52,709 nucleotides of DNA, taken from the IMG/VR virus record IMGVR_UViG_3300047300_000727, positions 1-52,709 of that record. One strand, written 5' to 3'. Of the stretch, positions 19,048 to 29,241 are shown piece by piece (position 1 is the first letter of the stretch; the number at the start of each line of letters is the position of its first letter). Position numbers and translations under genes: made by a program. Source of the stretch: a virus. Lineage: Duplodnaviria; Caudoviricetes. Below the pieces are notes generated by a model that searched no databases, was not told the DNA's origin, and saw only the letters and a list, made by a program, of their open reading frames with translations.

Positions 19048-19277
19048 GGGGCATTGAGGCATTCATCGCATTGCAACAACGAAAAAATGTACGACGTGCA
19101 AGTTGGCACAAAGATGAGATGGTGAAGTTCACACCATTGAATGATGATCAATGGGTGATGGAAGTTGTCGTGCAAAACGAAGACCGTGTGCGCAACCTTT
19201 ATCTACAACAGAATGCGTTTCGTGATTTGTTACGCGATTTGCTGGAAGAGCATCAGGATTGGGAGATAGTTGAATGA
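19044..19277 (+). CDS. DUF2829-like small protein
   Basis: IEAFIALQQRKNVRRASW...LLEEHQDWEIVE; ATGA coupling. Confidence 0.55.
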   Translation: MRGIEAFIALQQRKNVRRASWHKDEMVKFTPLNDDQWVMEVVVQNEDRVRNLYLQQNAFRDLLRDLLEEHQDWEIVE

Positions 19278-19654
19278 CGACATTCCCTGGAATATTGGTA
19301 GGACACTGGATTGGTGATTTTCTACATCAGTCGCGTGAAGTCGCTGAGAATAAGAGCAAGTCGAATGTGGTGCTCGCAAGGCACGTTTTAGGCTACTCGT
19401 GGGTGTTCATCAGCTTCGCATTCTTGGATGTCTGTATATTCAACGACAGCAGCTTCACGGGCATTCAGTGGGTGCAGTTCATAACGACGAACGCACTGCT
19501 GCACTTCGTGACGGACTACTTCACCAGCCGGATGACAACGAAGGCATATCAAGCCGGAGACATGAAGCGATTCTGGAACATCATCGGTGCAGATCAGTGC
19601 ATTCACGCAGTGTGCTTGTATCTGACTTACCGCTCACTCGGAGGTATGGCATGA
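19274..19654 (+). CDS. DUF3307 family membrane protein
   Basis: HWIGDFLHQ...K...LARH...HFVTDY...GADQCIH. Confidence 0.8.
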   Translation: MTTFPGILVGHWIGDFLHQSREVAENKSKSNVVLARHVLGYSWVFISFAFLDVCIFNDSSFTGIQWVQFITTNALLHFVTDYFTSRMTTKAYQAGDMKRFWNIIGADQCIHAVCLYLTYRSLGGMA

Positions 19655-20112
19655 CGAAGGAACAGTTTTGGTATGAGTTTCCACGCAACATGGACAGATG
19701 GAGAAACAACGAAGTGGCTGTCATCGATGGACGGTATGAAACTCACCTGTCGATGATTCCGTTTGAAGTGAATCCGGATGCAATGGGGATGGTGTTTAAT
19801 GTGAAGCTTCCTGGCTATGACATCATGCGATTGATTTCTCAATACTGCCTAAACAGGGAAAATCCAGACAACGTGATGATGCAGTTGTGGAATATGTCGA
19901 ATGACCTTTTCGACACAATCCGCCGATACAAGACTGAAGTCGATGAAGGTGTTACACAAAGTCAAAATCGATTCAAAACGCTTGATGAATATCTTCAATC
20001 TAACGAATACAAGACTGACATCGAGCAAAAAGCATCATGGATGAATTGCTTTTACGAGACATCGATGAATTCTGCATACAAAGCATTTGAAGCATTCGAG
20101 GCACAGCAATGA
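19651..20112 (+). CDS. Hypothetical protein
   Basis: GGAGG RBS; ATGA coupling (MTKEQFW...). Confidence 0.65.
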   Translation: MTKEQFWYEFPRNMDRWRNNEVAVIDGRYETHLSMIPFEVNPDAMGMVFNVKLPGYDIMRLISQYCLNRENPDNVMMQLWNMSNDLFDTIRRYKTEVDEGVTQSQNRFKTLDEYLQSNEYKTDIEQKASWMNCFYETSMNSAYKAFEAFEAQQ

Positions 20113-20369
20113 AACCTGAAGACATGCTGGCGAAGACAGTCGACATCGCACCGAAGACTAATCAAGTCACACCAGTGACGTTGGCAGATTTCCGAAATCA
20201 CATCGCGAAGCTGCCGGTTTACAGTGAAGAGAAAATCACGATGCATGTTGACCGCGCACAGGCGCTGGTCGACCTGATCCGAGCAATGGAACCGCCATAC
20301 AACGAACCAGAGTGGTGTGACCGGGTTCAGGCGATTATCGACGAAAAGAAACGAGCATTTAATCAATGA
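20109..20369 (+). CDS. Hypothetical protein
   Basis: Coupled ORF in the operon. Confidence 0.6.
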   Translation: MKPEDMLAKTVDIAPKTNQVTPVTLADFRNHIAKLPVYSEEKITMHVDRAQALVDLIRAMEPPYNEPEWCDRVQAIIDEKKRAFNQ

Positions 20370-20698
20370 AAATGATTATCTGTCCGGACATGTACGCTGG
20401 ACGATGGGACTGGGACAGCTTCGAATCGGTGATGATGCGGACACTCATGACATACGACGTCACAAATGTTCAAACGAACCATTCTGGTGTCATGGAAGTG
20501 TGCAATCGTTTAGGTATCCCTACGAAGCTTCAAAGTGGCATTGTGGACATGGCAGTCGTGACGTTCACGAAGCGTCAACGGTTTCCATTTTGGAAAGAGT
20601 TCTGGTTCATGATTGGAGTGACTTTCATTGCAACGTCGGTCCGCATTGATCCACGCTTCAAGCACTACACAGAATCACCAAAGGTGTCCAATGATTGA
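20366..20698 (+). CDS. Hypothetical protein
   Basis: Coupled ORF; contains the palindrome TTCCATTTTGGAA. Confidence 0.55.
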   Translation: MKMIICPDMYAGRWDWDSFESVMMRTLMTYDVTNVQTNHSGVMEVCNRLGIPTKLQSGIVDMAVVTFTKRQRFPFWKEFWFMIGVTFIATSVRIDPRFKHYTESPKVSND

Positions 20699-21047
20699 TG
20701 GTTCTAAAGCGCCTCAAAGTTACGTCGCGAAGGCTGAAGGAACTGGATGGGACCTGCTTCATGCGGTGCGTGAAATCATCTGGACAACGACGAATGGGTA
20801 TCAGTGCGCCGGCATGCACGCATCGCACAAAACGATGTATGACCTAACGATGGAAACCACACCGACGGCTGTTGACCACGTCAATCAACAGCTCGTGAAA
20901 GGTGAATGTCATCTGTATGGATTCAATGTGACACTCACGCACATTCTGCCCGACAACGTCATCGAGGTATTCATGGAACTGCCTAATCAGCGTACGGTGA
21001 TTGCAACAGATGAACCTTCGGTTCAGTGGGAGATTGAAGATGAATGA
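20691..21047 (+). CDS. Hypothetical protein
   Basis: AAGGTG RBS before MIDGSK. Confidence 0.55.
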   Translation: MIDGSKAPQSYVAKAEGTGWDLLHAVREIIWTTTNGYQCAGMHASHKTMYDLTMETTPTAVDHVNQQLVKGECHLYGFNVTLTHILPDNVIEVFMELPNQRTVIATDEPSVQWEIEDE

Positions 21048-21465
21048 CCTGCTGGTGCTTGAGATGGAACAGCTGTTCGCAAAGCACTTCCGGGACCCTG
21101 ACTGTTACGAGAGTACAACAGTGCAGCTGAAGTCTCAACCACTTCTATATGCAACCTTTGGCAACCTTTGGAGGCATTCAGCCGAAGCCAAAAACAAACC
21201 ACAGGGGCGATACTTCACTTTGTGGGGACATTGTATGGACAACACGGTGGCATCCAGCGATGCGTGGTACATCGACCATCGAATCGCTGACTATAAGGCG
21301 CACGCGACGCTTCATGTCCTGGAAGCAGAACGCATCCGGAACTTCGAGTCGGACGTGGTCACACGCGCAGTGAAGCGTGGTGGTTTGGTATTGAAGGCGC
21401 GAACGCTCACTCCGGTGAACGCTCCGACTGAGCTTTCACAGCTGTCACTGCTTGACGGGAGATAA
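21040..21465 (+). CDS. Hypothetical protein
   Basis: GGGAG RBS before MNDLLV. Confidence 0.55.
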   Translation: MNDLLVLEMEQLFAKHFRDPDCYESTTVQLKSQPLLYATFGNLWRHSAEAKNKPQGRYFTLWGHCMDNTVASSDAWYIDHRIADYKAHATLHVLEAERIRNFESDVVTRAVKRGGLVLKARTLTPVNAPTELSQLSLLDGR

Positions 21466-21617
21466 TGATGGACATTCGAAAATGGTGGACCAGCGTGCAG
21501 ATCAGTGCGCTTTGGTCTGCGATACTACTGCAGAGCAGACTCGCTGTCGGTTTGTATGCACGGTTGTTCCGGATTCAGCCGGAGCCAGTTCGATGGGAAG
21601 ATGGCTATGACATTTGA
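21465..21617 (+). CDS. Small hypothetical protein (50 aa, not in the ORF track)
   Basis: MMDIRKWWTSVQISALWSAILL...EDGYDI*; TAATG coupling. Confidence 0.45.
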   Translation: MMDIRKWWTSVQISALWSAILLQSRLAVGLYARLFRIQPEPVRWEDGYDI

Positions 21618-21777
21618 AGTGCTTCGGATGTTGATTCTGCTGCCGCTCTACTTGTCGGGTGTACTGCTCGCATGGGCGTTCCTGTGCGTCGTGTCGTTCC
21701 TGATTCTCGGCGGTGCCGGGTGGGTTCAGGAAGAATGGCGGGAATACCGGAATGAGCATAAACCAGAAAAACCTTAA
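21607..21777 (+). CDS. Small membrane protein
   Basis: MTFEVLRMLILLPLYLSGVLLAWAFL... hydrophobic. Confidence 0.5.
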   Translation: MTFEVLRMLILLPLYLSGVLLAWAFLCVVSFLILGGAGWVQEEWREYRNEHKPEKP

Positions 21778-22105
21778 GGGCTGGGAGCACTGCTCGCTGG
21801 CAGTTCCGTGGAATGAGTGCTGGGTTCGCTTGATGGAATCCAGTACCGCTCCGGATGACATCGCAAAGTGTCGTTTTTATTATCGGGTGCGATACATGCA
21901 GTCGAAGCGCTGGAAGCAACTTCGCCTGGAGAAACTGACCGAAGCGTGCAACCAGTGTGAGCTGTGCGGAACCACGCCGGACAAACACAAGCTCGATGTT
22001 CACCACCTGACATATCAACGGTTAGGTGGTGAACTGCTGACTGATCTGCAGGTGTTGTGCTACCAGTGCCACGGAAAAGCACACTACAGACCGAACAAGG
22101 CATAA
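21752..22105 (+). CDS. HNH endonuclease (packaging-associated position)
   Basis: CELCG...LDVHHLTY...LQVLCYQCHGKAH; lies upstream of the terminase genes. Confidence 0.85.
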   Translation: MSINQKNLKGWEHCSLAVPWNECWVRLMESSTAPDDIAKCRFYYRVRYMQSKRWKQLRLEKLTEACNQCELCGTTPDKHKLDVHHLTYQRLGGELLTDLQVLCYQCHGKAHYRPNKA

Positions 22106-22114
22106 TGAACCACT

Positions 22115-22495
22115 ATGCCATTACGAGTCGCACCTGAAGTTGAAGCGCAGATTCAAGCTGCCATCATCGCCGGAGCCAAACAGGCTGACCTTGCACGGCA
22201 GTTCGGAATGCCACGCTCCACCATCACTCGCATCCGGATGAGGATGAATGAGGAGCAGGTTGTCAATGGTGCTGCGAAGCGCATCATCGAAGCCAGCACG
22301 AACCTTGACGAACGCATGGCGGAACTGCTTGCAGAGAATCTGTCGGCGCTCATCGGAATCGCAAAGACAACGCAAGATGAAGTTTACAGAAAGTCCCAAA
22401 ACGCTGCGGCTCTCGCCACTCTGTACCGGGAAATTGCAACTACAACGCTACAGATTCTCACCGCCGCTGCCGAAGCAAACGAACCAGCAGAGTGA
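22115..22495 (+). CDS. terS: Terminase small subunit (N-terminal HTH)
   Basis: QADLARQFGMPRSTI HTH plus a helical body; immediately before TerL. Confidence 0.65.
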   Translation: MPLRVAPEVEAQIQAAIIAGAKQADLARQFGMPRSTITRIRMRMNEEQVVNGAAKRIIEASTNLDERMAELLAENLSALIGIAKTTQDEVYRKSQNAAALATLYREIATTTLQILTAAAEANEPAE

Positions 22496-22496
22496 T

Positions 22497-23810
22497 GTGT
22501 CGTTCGGGGCGTATCTTCGAGACACGCTCCCGAAGTCGTGGACGGCTGATGCTCCGCACATCAAAGCGATCTGTGACGTCATCGACCGTGTGCACAGCGG
22601 TGAGATAGACCGACTCGCCATCCACATGCCACCACGTCATGGCAAGACAGAGACCGTGACCGTGCGTGCGGGGGCATTCTTCAAAGAGATGTTCCCGGAT
22701 GCGAACGTGCTGGTCACAGCGTACAACCAGCGCATCGCGAATCGCTTCAGTCGCAAAGCGCGAACCATCTGCCGTGGACGCATTGACATGGCGTCAGACA
22801 ACCGGGCGCAGGATGAATGGTCAACGTCTGGCGGTGGCACGTACATGGCACGCGGTGTGGGTTCACCACCGACTGGTGTCGGTTTCAAGTACATCATCAT
22901 CGATGACCCGATTCGAAGTCGCGAGGATGCGGAATCACAGGTGTACCGGGACCGTGCAGCCGACTGGTATTCGGATGACCTGTACACGCGCCTGGAACCG
23001 GGCGGTGCAATCATCATCGTGTGCACCAGATGGCATCATGACGATGTGGCAGCACGGGCTGTCGCTTCGGAACCGGACAGATGGCACATCCTGAACCTGC
23101 CGGCAATCGCTGAAGACGATGACGCACTCGGACGTGCTCCGGGTGAAGCTTTGTGGGCTGACAGATACGGTGTCGAGGAACTGGAGCGCATCAAGGGCGT
23201 CATGATGATGAACGGCGGTGAGTATGGATGGAGCGCACTCTACCAGCAAAGACCGACACCACGCGAGGGCGCATTCTTCCGGAGCACTCGCATCATCATC
23301 GAGGATGCACAGCCGAACATCAAGCGCGTTGCACGGGGGTGGGACCTTGCAGCTTCAGCGGGAAAAGGTGACTACACTGTCGGAGTGAAGCTCGGCATCG
23401 ATGACCAGGAGCGCCTGTGGATTCTGGATGTTCAGCGCGGACAATACGACGCCGATGAACGCGACCGAGTGATACGACAGACAGCTGCACTCGATGGCAA
23501 GTCGTGCCGACAGCGACTGCCACAGGACCCCGGACAGGCTGGAAAAAGTCAGGTCATCCATATGGTGCGGAACTTACAAGGATTCCCTGTGAGTTGCAAA
23601 CCGGTGAGTGGTTCGAAGGAACTTCGGGCTGGACCGATATCATCGCAGATCGCTGGGGGAAACTGCTTCATGGTCAAAGCATCGTGGAACGTGTCACTAC
23701 TCGATGAACTGCGAACATTTCCACTCGGCAAGAATGACGACTGCGTGGACGCAATCGCTGATGCGTACGATGAGCTGATGCTCGGTGTCGTGCGTTTTGG
23801 TGCAGTATAA
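22497..23810 (+). CDS. terL: Terminase large subunit (start uncertain; frame open from 22248)
   Basis: Walker A MPPRHGKT, Walker B IIIDDP, nuclease GWDLAA and KNDDCVDA. Confidence 0.93.
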   Translation: MSFGAYLRDTLPKSWTADAPHIKAICDVIDRVHSGEIDRLAIHMPPRHGKTETVTVRAGAFFKEMFPDANVLVTAYNQRIANRFSRKARTICRGRIDMASDNRAQDEWSTSGGGTYMARGVGSPPTGVGFKYIIIDDPIRSREDAESQVYRDRAADWYSDDLYTRLEPGGAIIIVCTRWHHDDVAARAVASEPDRWHILNLPAIAEDDDALGRAPGEALWADRYGVEELERIKGVMMMNGGEYGWSALYQQRPTPREGAFFRSTRIIIEDAQPNIKRVARGWDLAASAGKGDYTVGVKLGIDDQERLWILDVQRGQYDADERDRVIRQTAALDGKSCRQRLPQDPGQAGKSQVIHMVRNLQGFPVSCKPVSGSKELRAGPISSQIAGGNCFMVKASWNVSLLDELRTFPLGKNDDCVDAIADAYDELMLGVVRFGAV

Positions 23811-23824
23811 GGACACAATAAGAT

Positions 23825-25801
23825 ATGGCACTATTTGACATCTTCCGTCGGCAGTCGAAAGCACAGGCACCTTCGATGCTACTGCCACCCGTCATTCAGC
23901 GACAGTCGTCATTCCTGACGGGATACGGCTCCGGACGGCTGATGAATCTGCTGTCGGTTGTGATGCCTTCAAGCAATCGCGACTGGAAGTACATCGCCGG
24001 AGACCTGATGCTGAACAGCATCGTGGCACTGTCCATCAGCTGGTACACGCGCAACTTCAGCCAGGCGAAACTTCGTGTGATGCGACCGATGCCAGACGGT
24101 AAAGCGGAGCCAGTCGAAGGACATCCGATTCTCGATCTGCTCGCGAATCCATGTCCTGAGCTCGGAGTGACAGCGACTGCATGGTGGGATTGGTTCATCA
24201 CCGATTCTCTGGTGCTCGCGAACGCCTACATCTACAAGCACAGAACGTCGCCGAATCAGCCACCTGTGGCACTTCAGTGGCTCGCTGCAGACATGGTGCG
24301 ACCTGCTGGCTCACTCACCGACTCACTCACCGGGTACATCTACACAGCTGATGGCTGGCGTCGTGAGATGACGCTCGAAGATGTCATTCACCTCCGCATC
24401 GGAAGAGACCCTTCAGACTGGCGATTCGGTCGAGGTCCACTCGCTTCGGTGCTTCGCGAAGTCTGCACCGATAATGTGGCATCGAGCACGGCATACGGGC
24501 TTGCAAAGTCGCCGGTGCCGTCGTTCGTCGTTGGACCGAAGGACCCGACACAAGCGTACACAACCACTGAAGACGACGCCATCACCACGAAGCAACGACT
24601 GCAGGAAAATTTCAGCGGGGACGACAGCGGTGGTGTGGCTGTCATGACGAACGCCTTCGAACTTCAACGCGTCGGATTCTCACCGAAAGACATGGCGCTC
24701 GATGATGTTCGGCGCAAGCCGGAGGAGCGCATTTGCGCAGCTCTCGGATTGAATCCTCTGGTGCTTCACCTTGGCTCCGGGCTGGAGCGTTCGACATACA
24801 GCAACCTCCAGCAAGCCACACGATCAGCGTGGACAGACGGCATGGTTCCGCTATACCGTCGCATCGCCGAAGTGCTGACACAGAATCTGCTGAGTGACTA
24901 CCCTGAGACACAACCGGGCGATTATCTTGAGTTCGACACATCCGACATTCCGGCACTCGCTGCGGACCTGACATCCGAAGCCGAACGCGCCGAACGTCTG
25001 TACAAAGCAGGAATCATCGACCGTGCAACAGCGAAGCGCATCAGCGGTGTCGTGACGGTTCCCGAAGATGAGGGACTGTACTTCGGTGATGTTCCGCTGA
25101 TGTCACAGGCACCACAGCCAGGGACTGCACCAGCACCAGCGAGCACGCTCTCCCCTTCGGACATCAACAAGTTGGTGGGCAGTGCGACGGCTCTCATCCG
25201 TGCCGGCTTCGCTCCAGAAGCTGCGCTGTCGTCCGTTGGGCTTGACCCGATTCAGCACCTCGGACTGCTCCCTGTGACCATCAAGGAAGCATCAAAGAGT
25301 GCAACCACATACATTCCGAATGCCGGCATGAAAGAAGCTGCACGCCGGGCGCTCGCGTGGAAAGACGAAGGGAAGTCCGGTGGGACACGCGTCGGTCTGG
25401 CACGGGCGAACCAGATCGCGAACGGAGACAACCTGAGCGAAGACACGGTACTCCGAATGTACTCATTCTTTGCACGTCACGAAGTCGACAAACAGGCTGA
25501 AGGATTCAATGCCGGTGAACCGGGATTCCCTTCGGCAGGTCGCGTCGCATGGGACCTCTGGGGCGGTGATGCTGGTTATGCATGGGCAACGGCGAAGCGC
25601 AAAACCATCAACGCTCCGACGAAGATGTACTTGTACGGCGATGAAGACTACACCGCCGAAGACGTGCTTCGGTTGCATCATCAGGTGCACGATGACCGCC
25701 AGTTCAGCGACTGGCTGGCATCGAAGCGCATCGAGATTCTCGGTGTGTATGTCAAAGACACCGGGAATGACGTACATCCGGCATACGGGTACCCTGTCTG
25801 A
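23825..25801 (+). CDS. Portal protein (HK97-type) with a long C-terminal extension
   Basis: LANAYIY, DVIHLR, GRGPL, FSPKDM, ICAALGLNP and TYSNLQQA; follows TerL. Confidence 0.88.
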   Translation: MALFDIFRRQSKAQAPSMLLPPVIQRQSSFLTGYGSGRLMNLLSVVMPSSNRDWKYIAGDLMLNSIVALSISWYTRNFSQAKLRVMRPMPDGKAEPVEGHPILDLLANPCPELGVTATAWWDWFITDSLVLANAYIYKHRTSPNQPPVALQWLAADMVRPAGSLTDSLTGYIYTADGWRREMTLEDVIHLRIGRDPSDWRFGRGPLASVLREVCTDNVASSTAYGLAKSPVPSFVVGPKDPTQAYTTTEDDAITTKQRLQENFSGDDSGGVAVMTNAFELQRVGFSPKDMALDDVRRKPEERICAALGLNPLVLHLGSGLERSTYSNLQQATRSAWTDGMVPLYRRIAEVLTQNLLSDYPETQPGDYLEFDTSDIPALAADLTSEAERAERLYKAGIIDRATAKRISGVVTVPEDEGLYFGDVPLMSQAPQPGTAPAPASTLSPSDINKLVGSATALIRAGFAPEAALSSVGLDPIQHLGLLPVTIKEASKSATTYIPNAGMKEAARRALAWKDEGKSGGTRVGLARANQIANGDNLSEDTVLRMYSFFARHEVDKQAEGFNAGEPGFPSAGRVAWDLWGGDAGYAWATAKRKTINAPTKMYLYGDEDYTAEDVLRLHHQVHDDRQFSDWLASKRIEILGVYVKDTGNDVHPAYGYPV

Positions 25802-26805
25802 TGCCATCACTTTATGATGTGGCGCGTGAATACCGTTTGCGTCTGCTCGACCGTGAAGCGGCAGCAGTGGCGCAGATGGACACCACGTATCGCAAAGCGA
25901 CTGCCGACGGGCTGAAGCGCCTTCGTGTGCTGGCTGAAGCAATCGCCGATGCGGAGGATGCAGGTGAAGACACAGCTGCGCTTCGCGACATGATGCAACG
26001 GCTGATGGCGATTCAAGATCAGATTCAGACCGAAATCAAGGGGTGGTCGAGTGACGGCGCATCAATCGCCACACGGGCACAAAGCGAAGCCGTGGATGTC
26101 GCAGGGCAGATGCAGTTGCCACTCGCGACAGCTGCGAGTGGAGCACCATCCGAAGCCGTGATGGCGACAACGTGGAACCGATTCGACCCGATGAGCGTTG
26201 AGCAGTTCATCGGCTTCGCTTCGGATGGAACACCGCTTGACAACCTGTTCGCATCCATCGGACCAGACATGAAGCAGATGATCGCGAATGGAATCATTCA
26301 AGGCGACCACAACAGTGTTGTGGCGCGTCGCATGGTGATGGCGTATGACTCACTCGCACCAGCTCGCGCGAAGACAATCGCACGAACGGAGATGCTCCGA
26401 GCATCACGCGAAGCACAACGGCAATCATTCCTGGCGAACAGTGACATCGTGCACGGGTGGATGCGTGCCAGTGCCGGAGACCACAATGTCTGTCCAGCAT
26501 GCTGGGCGCTTCACGGTACGCATCAGGAACTTGCGACAATCGTCCCTACACATCCAAACTGTAGGTGTACCATCGTGCCGGTGATGGACCCGTGGGGTGG
26601 CGAAGCCACCAGCGACCTGATACCGAACGCTGAGACAACCTTTGCCAGACTCTCACCAGAACGGCAGATGGAGGCACTGGGACGCGGAAGATACATGCTG
26701 TACAAAACCGGGACACCACTGTCTGCCTTCGGGCGAGTGGTTGACGACGAACAGTGGGGACCTATAGCGCAAATCGTGCCACTGCGGGAGCTGATAAATG
26801 GATGA
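25801..26805 (+). CDS. Head morphogenesis protein (SPP1 gp7 / Mu gpF-like)
   Basis: RAKTIARTE...VCPACWALHG...PTHPNCRCTIVP. Confidence 0.88.
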   Translation: MPSLYDVAREYRLRLLDREAAAVAQMDTTYRKATADGLKRLRVLAEAIADAEDAGEDTAALRDMMQRLMAIQDQIQTEIKGWSSDGASIATRAQSEAVDVAGQMQLPLATAASGAPSEAVMATTWNRFDPMSVEQFIGFASDGTPLDNLFASIGPDMKQMIANGIIQGDHNSVVARRMVMAYDSLAPARAKTIARTEMLRASREAQRQSFLANSDIVHGWMRASAGDHNVCPACWALHGTHQELATIVPTHPNCRCTIVPVMDPWGGEATSDLIPNAETTFARLSPERQMEALGRGRYMLYKTGTPLSAFGRVVDDEQWGPIAQIVPLRELING

Positions 26806-27823
26806 GTTGATGTACTTTGGTGATGCAGTCAAAGCGGAACCAGACGGACGTGTCCGTGGTTACTTGGTACGCTTCGGTGGTGAAGACCTGGTCGGTGACT
26901 ACTTCACGCCACAGACAGACTTCGGGCGACCGATGGTGAAGGGTTCCAGCTTCGCGCTGAATCTGTACTATCACCACGGTGCGGACCCACTGATCGGGAA
27001 AACATGCATCGGGACCGGTGTCGTCAAAATGGACGACAAGGGACTGTGGATGGAGTCGCAGATTGACCTTGCAAACGAATACGGAAAGATGGTCGCGAAA
27101 CTTGGCAAGCGAGCACAGCTCGGATATTCTTCCGGAGCGGCTGGTCATCTTGTGGAGCGCAAGGCTGTTGGTGCACGTCAAGAAATTACGCGATGGTGCA
27201 TCGGTGAAGCATCAATCACACCGACACCATGTGAACCACTCAACACTGTCAAGTCAATGATGGATGCATCCTGCAAGCCTATCAAAGAGATGATGGATGG
27301 CGAAGAGGATGACGAAGAGATGGACACGATGGAAGAGGAAGCACCGGCAGTCGGTGACGAATCCTCCCCGGAATCCTTCGCATCCAGCATCTATGGCGCC
27401 ATGGCTGCGAACATGGTCCATGAAGGTATTGAGTTCCTTTATGCGAAGCTGTGCGATGGCGTTTTACAGGTATATGTCGACGGTTTACCGAAGGAATACC
27501 TGCTCGCGCTGTTCGATGGATTTGCGCAAAGGGGCAAAGACCTTGTATCAACTGTTGACGCAGTGGCATCAGCCGAAGTCAAAGCATTCGAAGCAAAGAC
27601 ACGGCAGCCACAAACAGTTCGGGAACTGGAGCATCGGCTGAGGGATTCGCTGATGTTGACTCGAAGCGAGTCGGTGAGACTCGCAAAGTCCGTGTGGGAA
27701 AGTCTGCGGGATGCAGCCACTGAACCCGACATGCAGAAACAGTCGAAGGCTGACGTCAGTGACCTCGACAAAGCGAGAATCCTCGCAGAAATCATGATGA
27801 TGGAGATCGAAAGTGAAGATTGA
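26798..27823 (+). CDS. Prohead protease (HK97-type) with an acidic linker and C-terminal extension
   Basis: GYLVRFG, DLVGDYF, YYHHG, GYSSG and EASITPTPCEP. Confidence 0.82.
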   Translation: MDELMYFGDAVKAEPDGRVRGYLVRFGGEDLVGDYFTPQTDFGRPMVKGSSFALNLYYHHGADPLIGKTCIGTGVVKMDDKGLWMESQIDLANEYGKMVAKLGKRAQLGYSSGAAGHLVERKAVGARQEITRWCIGEASITPTPCEPLNTVKSMMDASCKPIKEMMDGEEDDEEMDTMEEEAPAVGDESSPESFASSIYGAMAANMVHEGIEFLYAKLCDGVLQVYVDGLPKEYLLALFDGFAQRGKDLVSTVDAVASAEVKAFEAKTRQPQTVRELEHRLRDSLMLTRSESVRLAKSVWESLRDAATEPDMQKQSKADVSDLDKARILAEIMMMEIESED

Positions 27824-29174
27824 ATCCCTTAAGCAGCGTCAAGCCGACAGCATCGCTGCACTCAAAGAACTGCTGGCGCTCGACGCACCAGACATGACCG
27901 AAGTCAACCGCCTGAACGACGAAGTGAAGTCCATCACGGACCGCATCGCCATCGCTCGTTCCGTGGCACAGTTCCAGCCTGAACCATCCGAAGATGAGTT
28001 CCAGACCGAACCACAGGTCAAGGCATGGGAGCGACAGGCAATCGGTGCAGGTCCTGACCTCCGCGCATTCGCCGGACGTGACAACAACGAAAAAGCCTAC
28101 AACGCCTACGCTTTCGGACAGTGGATGCGTGCAACCGCACTGAAGTCTGCATCCGCTCGCAAGTGGTGTCAGGATCACGGTGTACTGAAGGCAGCTGATA
28201 TCAAGGCAATGAACGAAGGCACCGGCTCCGCTGGTGGATTCGCTGTCCCGACAATCATTAGCGACCAGTTCGTGTACCTTCGTGAGCAAGCATCCATCAT
28301 GCGTCAGGACGCTCGCAAGTACACGATGACCAGCAACGCGTTGAACGTTCCGGTCATCAGTGGTTCTGTCACAGCTGTGTGGGGCGCTGAAAACACCGCA
28401 ATCACCGCATCCGACTTGACGGTCGCTTCGGTTGCACTTTCTGCTAAGAAGCTCACCGCACTCAGCGTGATGTCGAGCGAGTTGAATGAGGATGCTGTCG
28501 TGAACTTCGCGAGCATTCTCGCGATGGACATGGCAAACAAACTCGGTCACGAAGAAGACCGCGTCTGTTTCAACGGAACCGGTGTCGCCGGTGACGGTGG
28601 AATCACAGGTCTTTGCCAGTACATCTTCGGTCTGTCCGGTACGAAGGCGAACATCGCATCGTTGGTCACTGCACCATCGTTCGTTGCTACCCCTGCGAAC
28701 TTGACGCTCGCGATCTGGCAGTCGCTCGTGGCGAAGCTCCCTGTTTACGCACAGCAGAACGCGAAGTTCTACATGCACAAACAGATTTTCTTCAACTACG
28801 TTGCAGACAAGCTCATCTCGCTTGGTGGTAACAACTACAACGCACTCGCGATGGGTGCTGGACTTCAGCCGACGCTGTTCGGATACCCTGTCCAGTTCGT
28901 TCAGGATATGCCGTCGTCACTCTTGACTACGTCCATCAACACGCCAATCGCTGTGCTTGCTGACCTTTCGAAGGCTGTCGCATTCGGTGACCGCCGTGAG
29001 ATCAGCATCGCCACATCGACCGAGCGCTACTTTGATCAGGACAGCATCGCTGTCCGTGCCATCGAGCGCGTCGGATTCTCTGGTGCAACGGACCCCGGCA
29101 ACGTCAACGCCACCGTCGCATCACAGGTTCCTGGTTCGGCAATCGTTCTGGTCACCAACGCCACCACAGCGTAG
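27813..29174 (+). CDS. Major capsid protein, HK97 fold
   Basis: N-terminal coiled-coil delta domain; GGFAVP, KKLTAL...SSEL and TLFGYPV. Confidence 0.93.
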   Translation: MKIESLKQRQADSIAALKELLALDAPDMTEVNRLNDEVKSITDRIAIARSVAQFQPEPSEDEFQTEPQVKAWERQAIGAGPDLRAFAGRDNNEKAYNAYAFGQWMRATALKSASARKWCQDHGVLKAADIKAMNEGTGSAGGFAVPTIISDQFVYLREQASIMRQDARKYTMTSNALNVPVISGSVTAVWGAENTAITASDLTVASVALSAKKLTALSVMSSELNEDAVVNFASILAMDMANKLGHEEDRVCFNGTGVAGDGGITGLCQYIFGLSGTKANIASLVTAPSFVATPANLTLAIWQSLVAKLPVYAQQNAKFYMHKQIFFNYVADKLISLGGNNYNALAMGAGLQPTLFGYPVQFVQDMPSSLLTTSINTPIAVLADLSKAVAFGDRREISIATSTERYFDQDSIAVRAIERVGFSGATDPGNVNATVASQVPGSAIVLVTNATTA

Positions 29175-29196
29175 GTTTCCGGAACCGCTACAATGG

Positions 29197-29230
29197 GGGC
29201 AGGGGCTTATGCCCTTGCCCTTATTCTTTT
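29197..29230 (+). terminator. Intrinsic terminator after the capsid gene
   Basis: GGGCAGGGGC-ttat-GCCCTTGCCC-TTATTCTTTT. Confidence 0.75.
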
Positions 29231-29241
29231 TGGAGGCTTCG

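Noticed and set aside
27792-28778. Long antisense ORFs (328 aa here; also 3296..4003 and 14340..14915)
   Set aside because: Shadow frames of GC-rich sense genes with clear phage motifs.
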